A stretch of 36,453 nucleotides of DNA from Macrostomum lignano (taxonomy: Eukaryota). A program made the translations under genes and the position numbers. Numbering within the stretch: the first letter of the stretch is position 1; the number at the start of each line of letters is the position of its first letter. Location of the stretch: the NCBI GenBank assembly GCA_002269645.1, contig NIVC01004742.1:1-36453 (forward strand), read 5' to 3'. Shown in pieces: positions 11,905 through 23,300 of the stretch. Below the pieces are notes generated by a model. The model saw nothing but the letters and a program-made list of their open reading frames with translations. It was not told where the DNA came from and made no database searches.

Positions 11905-12377
11905 GAGGGTGTCAGGCTCTCACTCTAGTGAGGGACGTCAGGCTCTCACTCTAGTGGGGGATGTCAGGCTCTCACTCTAGTGGGGGATGTCAGGCTCTCA
12001 CTCTAGCGAGGGATGTCAGGCTCTCACTCTAGTGGGGGATGTCAGGCTCTCATTCTAGTGAGGGTGTCAGGCTCTCACTCTAGCGAGGGATGTCAGGCTC
12101 TCACTCTAGTGGGGGATGTCAGGCTCTCACTCTAGTGAGGGATGTCAGGCTCTCACTCTAGTGGGGGATGTCAGGCTCTCACTCTAGTGGGGGATGTCAG
12201 GCTCTCACTCTAGTGAGGGATGTCAGGCTCTCACTCTAGTGGGGGATGTCAGGCTCTCACTCTAGTGAGGGATGTCAGGCTCTCACTCTAGTGGGGGATG
12301 TCAGGCTCTCACTCTAGTGGGGGATGTCAGGCTCTCACTCTAGTGGGGATGTCAGGCTCTCACTCTAGTCAGGCTCT
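11905..12377. repeat. 26-bp minisatellite (TCAGGCTCTCACTCTAGTGGGGGATG), about 18 copies
   Basis: Period 26 (12301 and 12327). Confidence 0.94.
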
Positions 12378-13229
12378 CTAAAGAGATTTCTAAAGGTCAA
12401 ATATGACGTTTGTATATTAAATTGCACTGAGCACAAAGTAAATAAAATTAGCTACTAACAGTATGTACATATGGCTTGTGAAACCTGGACTCATTTTTCA
12501 ATCACAGACGTGCAAAAAAGGCCAAGTCGTAAAATTTAACTGAATGCAACAATAGTATATATCAATTTCTTTTTTCCAGAAAATGCTTCTGGTCAGGGAT
12601 GAAACAATAGAATGATGGGAGACTAAACCAATCGGGATACAAGGGGTTCAAATCAGAGCAGAGATGTATAGTCAAGATTCATCTTGTCAGGCAAATTAAA
12701 ATATTTCGGGCAAATTTATATAATTTAACAGTTTTAAGCGAATAGAATGCTACTAGACCGTCAGTAGGATGGAGCGGATATTATATGGAAAAAAATAAAT
12801 TATCAAGAGTATAAACGGAAGGAGAAATGAGTCGAAAAATAGTAGTTTAATATTAAATAAATAGACCACGGTATGTGCAGGTAATAAAATTTGAGAGACA
12901 GTCTTGCAGAACAGCAACAGCCAGCATGGGTAAATAAAAACAAATTAATTATTTATTCTGAACAACGGTGAAAGCATTGAAAATTCGAATCTCAGAATCA
13001 TAGGTCTGACTGCAGTCTAATCTGACAGCTAATGTCAGTACACACACGTACTTGCACATCACACACAGATGAGCAGGTGTATGTCAGTACAGCAACTTCT
13101 TCAAATAGCACCAGTGGATTGTAGGCTATTATATGTAGCATTATTGTCCATCAAAGCAGGCCCGATGATAAATAACCTGCTAATCCTTTTTCCTTTAAAC
13201 TGCGATAAACCTCGAGAACAATTTTTCTG

Positions 13230-13985
13230 CACCTCATAACAGTGTACATTCATTATATTATCGATCTAATTTTCTCTACCTTTCGTAACAGTGTGCATTC
13301 ATTATATTATCGATCTAATTTTCTCTATCCCTCATAACAGTGTACGTTCATTATATTATCGATCTAATTTTCTCTATCCCTCATAACAGTGTACGTTCAT
13401 TATATTATCGATCTAATTTTCTCTATCCCTCATAACAGTGTACATTCATTATATTATCGATCTAATTTTCTCTACCTCTCGTAACAGTGTACATTCATTA
13501 TATTATCGATCTAATTTTCTCTACCTCTCGTAACAGTGTACATTCATTATATTACCGATCTAATTTTCTCTACCCCTAATAATGTACATTCATTATATTA
13601 TCGATCTAATTTTCTCTACCTCTCGTAACAGTGTGCATTCATTATATTATCGATCTAATTTTCTCTATCCCTCATAACAGTGTACGTTCATTATATTATC
13701 GATCTAATTTTCTCTATCCCTCATAACAGTGTACGTTCATTATATTATCGATCTAATTTTCTCTACCTCTCGTAGCAGTGTACATTCATTATATTATCGA
13801 TCGAGTTTTCTCTACCCCTAATAATGTACATTCATTATATTATCGATCTAATTTTCTCTACCTCTCGTAACAGTGTACATTCATTATATTATCGATTGAG
13901 TTTTCTCTACCCTTAATAATGTACATTCATTATATTATCGATCTAGTTTTCTCTACCCTTAATAATGTACATTCATTATATTATC
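13230..13985. repeat. 49-bp AT-rich minisatellite (core CATTCATTATATTATCGATCTAATTTTCTCTAC), about 15 copies
   Basis: Period 49 (13261 and 13310). Confidence 0.94.
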
Positions 13986-14252
13986 GATCGAATTCTCTCG
14001 GATTTTCTGCCCTTTTTGCTTGTTTTCTCCTATTCATTTCAACTATTGCTACGCTCGTACATCACTTGTTAAGATCCATTCGATTTGATACGTCGATTTG
14101 TCAAAGTTATTAAATGGTTTGCGAAGGTGCTCCACTCTAGACGCCTATCTCCTTAGCGACGGCTTCCAGTCCACTGTTGCTATGTATAGAAGTCCCTGGT
14201 CAGTCTTACTCATAGTCAGCTGTTCAGTTCGCCTGTCACTCAGTCAGTCCGG

Positions 14253-14392
14253 TCAGCCCTGGGAGTCCAGCCGCGGGTCCATGCTGGGCCGCAGCAACAG
14301 GCTGCCCTCAACCCAGTCATTTGGTTTCTCCAGCATCCGGGTCCACATCAGCGACTCGTGGCCACGAGCGTCCATGCAGGGGTAGCTGCGGT
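14253..14392 (-). CDS. SYTL4: Slp terminal coding exon 9
   Basis: Acceptor ATACAG; DRSYPCMDARGHESLMWTRMLEKPNDWVEGSLLLRPSMDPRLDSQG, then TGA at 14253-14255. Confidence 0.9.
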
Positions 14393-17300
14393 CTGTATGG
14401 CATGGGGGTTGTTTTTGGAAACAGAGCCACAGAAGTAACCCACAACAAAGCAAAAATTCAGAGATCTTTCAAACTTTTCTTTACCAAAAAAGCAGCACGG
14501 ACGGAAAATACTCCAAAGCTACTCAAAAGAAGTAACTATGGGAAGCTACCCGGAAGCTACCCAGAAGCTACACAGAAGCTACCAGGAAGCTATCCAGAAG
14601 CTACCTAGAAGCTACCCAGAAGCTACCCAGAAGCTACCAGGAAGCTACCCAGAAGCTACCCAGAAGCTACCTAGAAGCTACCCAGAAGCTACCAGGAAGC
14701 TACCCAGAAGCTACCCAGAAGCTACCTAGAAGCTACCTAGAAGCTACCCAGAAGCTACCCAGAAGCTACCTAGAAGCTACCTAGAAGCTACCCAGAAGCT
14801 ACCCAGAAGCTACTAGGAAGCTACTAGGAAGCTACTCAGAAGCTACCAGGAAGCTACCCAGAAGCTATCCAGACGCTACCCAGAAGCTACCTGGGAGTTA
14901 CCCAGAAGCTACCTGGGAGTTACCCAGAAGCTACCAGGAAGCTACCCAGAAGCTATCCAGAAGCTACCCAGAAGCTATCCAGAAGCTACCCAGAAGCTAC
15001 CTGGGAGTTACCCAGAAGCTACCCAGAAGCTACCAGGAAGCTACCCAGAAGCTATCCAGAAGCTACCCAGAAGCTACCTGGGAGTTACCCAGAAGCTACC
15101 AGGAAGCTACCCAGAAGCTACCCAGAAGCTACCAGGAAGCTACCCAGAAGCTACCCAGAAGCTACCTAGAAGCTACCCAGAAGCTACCAGGAAGCTACCC
15201 AGAAGCTACCCAGAAGCTACCTAGAAGCTACCCAGAAGCTACCCAGAAGCTACCACGAAGCTACCCAGAAGCTACCCAGAAGCTACCAGGAAGCTACCCA
15301 GAAGCTATCCAGAAGCTACCCAGAAGCTACCTGGGAGTTACCCAGAAGCTACCAGGAAGCTACCCAGAAGCTACCCAGAAGCTACCTAGAAGCTACCTAG
15401 AAGCTACCCAGAAGCTACCCAGAAGCTACTAGGAAGCTACTAGGAAGCTACTCAGAAGCTACCAGGAAGCTACCCAGAAGCTATCCAGACGCTACCCAGA
15501 AGCTACCTGGGAGTTACCCAGAAGCTACCAGGAAGCTACCAGGAAGCTACCAGGAAGCTACCCAGAAGCTACCCAGAAGCTACCAGGAAGCTACCCAGAA
15601 GCTATCCAGAAGCTACCCAGAAGCTACCTGGGAGTTACCCAGAAGCTACCAGGAAGCTACCCAGAAGCTACCCAGAAGCTACCTAGAAGCTACCTAGAAG
15701 CTACCCAGAAGCTACCCAGAAGCTACTAGGAAGCTACTAGGAAGCTACTCAGAAGCTACCAGGAAGCTACCCAGAAGCTATCCAGACGCTATCCAGAAGC
15801 TACCTGGGAGTTACCCAGAAGCTACCAGGAAGCTACCCAGAAGCTATCCAGAAGCTACCCAGAAGCTATCCAGAAGCTACCCAGAAGCTATCCAGAAGCT
15901 ACCCAGAAGCTATCCAGAAGCTACCCAGAAGCTACCTGGGAGTTACCCAGAAGCTACCCAGAAGCTACCAGGAAGCTACCCAGAAGCTATCCAGAAGCTA
16001 CCCAGAAGCTACCTGGGAGTTACCCAGAAGCTACCAGGAAGCTACCCAGAAGCTACCTAGAAGCTACCTAGAAGCTACCCAGAAGCTACCCAGAAGCTAC
16101 TAGGAAGCTACTAGGAAGCTACTCAGAAGCTACCAGGAAGCTACCCAGAAGCTATCCAGACGCTACCCAGAAGCTTCCTGGGAGTTACCCAGAAGCTACC
16201 AGGAAGCTACCCAGAAGCTATCCAGAAGCTACCCAGAAGCTATCCAGAAGCTACCCAGAAGCTACCTGGGAGTTACCCAGAAGCTACCAAGAAGCTACCC
16301 AGACACCATCAGCAGAAGCCATCAAAAAGTCACCCAGAAGTCACCCCCTAGCAACTAAAGCCAGTGTGTTTCTGCCGCTACGGTCAGTCGCTCACCCCCA
16401 ACGTTGAGGCGCACGCCGCCCAGGAAGTCGTTTCGACCGATTTTGACATGGTCCCAGACCGTCAGCTCCAGCGACCGGCCTTTCAGGTCACGCAGAGAGA
16501 TATTCTCGAATGCCAGTATGGAGTTGAAGTTCGGATTCATGTCGCCTTTAACTATGGCGGATTTCTGCTTCACCCGGCTGCTTCTGGTGGCCCGGCTGTC
16601 CGGGTCCGGGTTGATCAGGTAGCTGTGGGAGTCAGGATTCGGAAGTTGCAGATCCCATGGTCACTCTCATGCTGAGCTTCCGGGATGTGAGGTTTGAGGG
16701 TTTATAGATTTGAGGATGAGGCTTAGATGAAACGAGACTTTGAGGATGTGAGACTTTGTTGAAGGATGCGAGACTTTGAGGATGTGAGACTTTGTTGAAG
16801 GATGCGAGACTTTGAGGATGTGAGACTATGAGGATGTGAGACTTTGAGGATGTGAGACTATGAGGATGTGAGACTATGAGGATGTGAGACTTTGAGGATG
16901 TGAGACTTTGTTGAGGGATGTGAGACTTTGTTGAGGGATGTGAGACTTTGAGGATGTGAGACTTTGTTGAAGGATGCGAGACTTTGAGGATGTGAGACTT
17001 TGTTGAAGGATGCGAGACTTTGAGGATGTGAGACTATGAGGATGTGAGACTTTGAGGATGTGAGACTATGAGGATGTGAGACTATGAGGATGTGAGACTT
17101 TGAGGATGTGAGACTTTGTTGAGGGATGTGAGACTTTGTTGAGGGATGTGAGACTTTGAGGATGTGAGACTTTAAGGATGTGAGACTATGAGGATGTGAG
17201 ACTATGAGGATGTGAGACTTTGAGGATGTGATACTTTGTTGAAGGATGCGAGACTTTGAGGATGAGACTTTGAGGATGTGAGACTTTGAGGATGTGAGAC

Positions 17301-20300
17301 TTTGAGGATGCGAGACTTTGAGGATGTGAGACTTTGAGGATGTGAGACTTTGAGAATGTGAGACTTTGAGGATGAGAGACTTTGAGGATGTGAGACTTTG
17401 AGGATGTGAGACTTTGTTGAGGGATGTGAGACTTTGAGGATGTGAGACTTTGAGGATGGCCGCCTTCAAAAAGTCAAGATGTCACAACATTCATAACATT
17501 GTTATGAAATTCTAAATCAAATTTGAAGCGACGAACCCCCCCCCCCGCTCACCCTTTGACGTAGGGCGAGGCGCCGCTACCGGAACCGGCCAGGTTGCGG
17601 CAATTCTGCACCCACACTTCCAGGCGCCCACCGACCGGCTTGCGATCGTTGTGCTCAACTTTGCTGTTTGAGTCGTCCCTGGCCAGTTGGTTGGCTTTGA
17701 TTAGCTCCCCGCTGACGTACCGGAGTGCCAGCATAATGTCGCCGCGGTACATCAGAGTCGGCAGCGGCACGGGAATTTCAACTCGCCTACCCAGATGGAG
17801 CACCTGAGGCCCGCCGTCGAAGCGGTAGTTCTCCATGGCGATGCGGGCCTCGCCAAGGAATACGTTCGAACCGAAGGTCAGGCTGTGCCACACAGACACC
17901 TGCGGGAGAGGTTTAGACAGGCTGAAGAGTCACAGCTGAGTCACAAGGTGGGGAGCCACTCACAGCTGAGTGACAGGGTGGGGAGTCACTCACAGCTGAG
18001 TGAAAGGATGGGGAGTCACTCACAGCTGAGTGACAGGGTGGGGAGTTACTCAGGGTGGGGAGTCACTCACAGCTGAGTCACAGGGTGGGGAGTCACTCAC
18101 TGAGTGAAAGGCTGAGTGAAAGGATGGGGAGTCACTCACTGTTAATCAGCTGTGAGTGACTCCCACCCTGTCACTCACAGCTGATTAACAGGATGGGGAG
18201 TCATTCAAGCGTGAGACGGGCAAGTTAGAAGGCAGCAGCTTCCAGAACCGGTGACCCCCCCCAGCCCAAAGCCCCAGGCCAGCCACCTGCAGAGTCCGGG
18301 TCTCCAGCTCGCTCTTGACAATATCGTAGACCAGCTGCTCGCTGTAGATGGGGTTGGCCGTGGCCCTCCTGGTCTGGGTCCGCCGCTTGGACCGCTTGGT
18401 CTTGTCCGGCAGCAGGTAGGTCTTCACGTACGGATTCGGCGGATTGCCGTCTAGCGCGTGCAAATTGCGGCACTGCACTACATTAACGGTGAAGCGGCGC
18501 TCTTTGTAATTGTACTGCAGGTTGACCTCGACCTCGCCGCTCGGCTCCGGAACGTGAGAGTAGGAGGCCTCGTTCTCGCTCACGTTGCTGGCCAGAGACT
18601 CTCGGCTAGCCTGAGGTTAAGAAGGAGCCGGCCGGTTTGTTTGGACAGATTATCTTAGAATTCACTTAAAACTCGTAAAATTCTTTTCTCAAAATTTCTT
18701 TTAACTCCATCCCTCATTCTTTAACCATCCAATCCATTCCTTGTCCATCTGCACCCCCCTCTCGGAACAGCCACCTAACTCCCTGCCCATCTGCACCCGT
18801 CTGTCGGAACAGCCACCTAACTCCCTGCCCATCTGCACCCGTCTGTCGGAACAGCCACCTAACTCCCTGCCCAACTGCACCCTTCTCTCGGTACAGCCAC
18901 CTCACTCCCTGCCCAACTGCACCCCTCACTCCACTCGGAACAAGCCACCTCACTCCCTGCCCATCTGCACCCCTCTCTCGGTACAGCCACCTCACTCCCT
19001 GCCTATCTGCACCCCTCGCTCAGCCGTGCTGACTCAGACAGGTTTAAAATCGCTCGTCAAATACCAAATTCAAGACACAGTAGTCAATAAAAAAACGGTC
19101 GTAAAAACACGGGAAAGCAAAGTTAAAAACTGTTTTATAGGATTTTAAAAACACGTCCGGTGAGCTAAAAGAAGCAAAATTAAGAGACGAACTCGCAGAA
19201 CCGCGGGCAGCGCCATGAAGCAGGACTTGCTGGGCAGGTTGCCGATACTCGAACTTCGACGTCGTTGATTTCGACAGTCGCTGCTGTCGTCAACGCCGTC
19301 CTCGCCGCCGCCGCTGCCGGTCGATGCGTCGGCATTCGGCAGCGGCAGTCGCAGTCGGTTCATAAAGGCGTTAGAGAGGCGTCGAACGCCAGAAACCTCG
19401 GGCGACTTTGCCCGCGCCGGAGACGCGTCGCTGGCAGCCGCCGATGCTGCGGCAGCCAGCGGCAAGTCCGGACAGGACGAAGAGGCCCGTCGCTGGGTGT
19501 AGCCGATGAGGAACTGCTGCAGGGTGCTGGCCGTGTTGAACACGTCCGTCAGGGACAAGCTCGACTCATCTTTGCCGTTGGATTCGATCGGCTTATCGTT
19601 GCGAAATTGCGTTATTGATTTTTTGTTAATATGCTGACACTATGGGCGCTATTTTAAATTACTATAAATTCGGCCAAGTACTAATTAATAAGTGTTAGTC
19701 AAGCAGCCAGAGAAGCGGTTACAAGTTTAATTTGTTATAATGGTTACGGAAACTCCATCTGAAATTTTAAAACAGCCAAGTGAAGCCGGAAATACCAGAA
19801 ACACCGTTGATTCACCGGGCACCACCTGCCAGTCCTGACAGCAATTTTGACACCCCTGACTGACAACCCCTGAGACTCTTGACAGACCCGACTGACAACC
19901 ACTGACTCCTACTGACACTCCTGACACCTACTGACACTCCTGACTCCTACTAATACTCTTGACAACAACTTACAACCCAGATAAAATGTTGGTAATCAGA
20001 AAAAACTTCGAGCAGCCGGTTGCAGAAAGACAAAGCGGATTTCGCCGCGCTCACCGTATCTGCCATCATCAGGTTGCCGCCCCGTCTGGGCTGCCGAAAG
20101 CCCCCAAGTTCCGAGCCAGGAGTCGAGCCGAAGCTGCCAGCGCGCATGGCCTGCTCAATCAGGATGCCGCCATTGTCCAGTTCGTCCAGGTTTTGACCGG
20201 CCATGGACACGGAGTCGTCCGGCTGCGCAGTTCAAAATTCAGATTTAAATTTTTTTAATTTACCATTGAAAAACCGACACCGATATTGTAAAACCAACAC

Positions 20301-23300
20301 TGACATCGAGAAGGCGAAAAAACATAGAGAAACAAGAAACCGACATCGAGAAACCGACACCGACATCGAGAAACCGATACCGACATCGACAAACCGACAC
20401 CGACATCAACAAACCGACACCGACATCGAGAAACCGACACAGACATGAAGAAACCGACACAGTTTTTCGGGAAACGAGAAATCGACATCAAGAAACCGAC
20501 ATCGACATCGAGAAACCGACACCCGACATTGAGAAACAAGAAACCGACATCGAGAAACCGACACCGACATCGAGAAACCGACACCGACATCGAGAAACCG
20601 ACACCGACATCGAAAGACCGACATCGACATCGACAAACCGACACCGACATCGAGAAACCGACCGACACAAATCAAGAAACCGACACCATTTTTCGAGAAA
20701 CGAGAAACTGACATCGAGAAACCGACATCGAGAAACCGACATCAAGAAACCGACATCAAGAAAACGACATCGAGAAACCGACATCGAGAAACCGACCGAC
20801 ACAAATCAAGAAACCGACACCATTTTTCGAGAAACGAGAAACCGACATCGAGAAACCCACATCAAGAAACCGACATCAAGAAACCGACATCGAGAAACCG
20901 ACATCGAGAAACCGACATCGACATCGACAAACCGACACCGACATCGAGAAACCGACCGACACAAATCAAGAAACCGACACCATTTTTCGAGAAACTAGAA
21001 ACCGACATCGAGAAACCGACATCAAGAAACCGACATCAAGAAACCGACATCAAGAAACCGACATGGAGAAACCGACATCGAGAAACCGACATCGAGAAAC
21101 CGACCGACACAAATCAAGAAACCGACACCATTTTTCGAGAAACGAGAAACCGACATCGAGAAACCGACATCAAGAAACCGACATCGAGAAACCGACATCG
21201 AGAAACCGACATCGAGAAACCGACATCGAGAAACCGACATCGAGAAACTGACACCGACATCGTGAAACCACACCGACATCAAACCGATATTGAAAACTTT
21301 CAATAACACTTCAAGGAAAACATATTAACATGCATCCATTTCTGGCAGGAAAGCTACGTTCTTACCAGAATTTCCTCGTCGTGGTCTGGTGAGTGCACCG
21401 TGATGGAGACGGGAGGCTGGACTGGGTGACTCTTGCTCGTTGACTCAGCGGCGGATGCAGCGGCGGCGGCGGCGGCGGCGGCGGCTGCGGCCTTCTTGTC
21501 CCCTTTCTGGTCCTTCCGGCCCTTCTTGTCTTTCAGCTGCTTCTCAGCCTCCAGCTGCCTCTGACGCTCCTCCTGCTCAGCTTTCTTCTGCTCTCGGCGC
21601 TGCCGCTCTTCCTGTACGACTGGAGAGTTCGATTGGGGCTGGGTCTGACAGGCTTACAGACTGAAAAAACTTACAGACTTGACAGATTTACAGACTTGAC
21701 AGACTTGACAGACTTACAGACTTACAGACTTGACAGACTTGACAGACTTACAGACTTACAGACTTGACAGACTTACAGACTTGACAGACTTACAGACTTA
21801 CAGACTTGACAGACTTACAGACTTGACAGATTTGACAGACTTACAGACTTGACAGACTTACAGACTTGACAGATTTGACAGACTTACAGACTTGACAGAT
21901 TTGACAGACTTACAGACTTGACAGATTTGACAGACTTACAGACTTGACAGACTTACAGACTTGACAGACTTACAGACTTACAGACTTACAGACTTACAGA
22001 CTTACAGACTTACAGACTTGACAGACTTACAGACTTGACAGACTTTGACTTACAGACTTGAGTTGACAGACTTACAGACTTGACTTGACAGACTTACAGA
22101 CTTGACAGACTTGACAGACTTACTTATTTACATACTGAGAAATTTACAGACTGACAGACTTTTCAAACTTGATTTACAGAGTGACAGGCTTACTAATTTG
22201 ACTTACAGACTCCACGATCAGAAAAATTGTCCTAACAGCACCAATGAGTCTGTTTCCCACTGCAAGCCTCACAAGCCTCACTCTCTCAAAAATATCGTTT
22301 ATAAAAGCGTTTACAGACAGACTTACAGACCTGCAAGCTGCAGAATATTGCCAGCCGATGGGATGCGGAGCCGATTGGGATAGCGGAGGGGGAAGTGGCG
22401 ATCAAAAGCGATCGGCAGTTAAAATACGATTGCTGCATCCAGTCGGCAGGAACTCGGAGGCAATTTTTCGCTATCGATAAAAGCCCAAGTCCGGGATGAG
22501 GGGAGAGACAGAACCGCTGTCAGGCCGAGGGCAGCTAAGCCAGCTTTGTTTGAACAAAATGAGAAAAACCGAAAGCCGGGGTAGCTCGCCTCTCATAAAG
22601 CCACTCGGACTGGCTCTGGGTCACGTATTGGAATTAGATTCTGTTGTATAGTTTGATCTGTTCTGTAAATTTTTTAGATAGGATCCTTGCACTGAGTAAT
22701 GCAGGAATTTCAGATCTCACGCTTAGATCTAAGCGTCTTCGTAGAATTATAGATCTGTGCTGCTCAAGGGTGGCTAAGTGGAACACTAGTGTGGCAACTG
22801 GCACACAGGAATGGCAACTGGCACACTAGAATGACACACAGGAATGGCAGCTGGCACACTAGAATGGCAACTGGCACACTAGAATGGAAAGTGGCACACT
22901 AGAATGGCACTGGCACACTAGAATGGCACACAGGAATGGCAGCTGGCACACTAGAATGGCACACAGGAATGGCAGCTGGCACACTAGAATGGCACACAGG
23001 AATGGCAGCTGGCACACTAGAATGGCAACTGGCACACTAGAATGGCAACTGGCACACTAAAATGGAAAGTGGCACACTAGAATGGCACTGGCACACTAGA
23101 ATGGCAACTGACACACTGTAATGGCACACTAGAATGGCAACTGGCACACTAGAATGGCAACTGGCACACTAAAATGGAAAGTGGCACACTAGAATGGCAC
23201 TGGCACACTAGAATGGCACTGGCACACTAGAATGGCAACTGACACACTGTAATGGCACACTAGAATGGCAACTAGCACACTAGAATGGCAACTGGCACAC

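Noticed and set aside
4121-13985. CRISPR-like appearance of the regular arrays
   Set aside because: Units are head-to-tail with no unique spacers, no cas genes are present, and the context is a spliceosomal eukaryotic genome.
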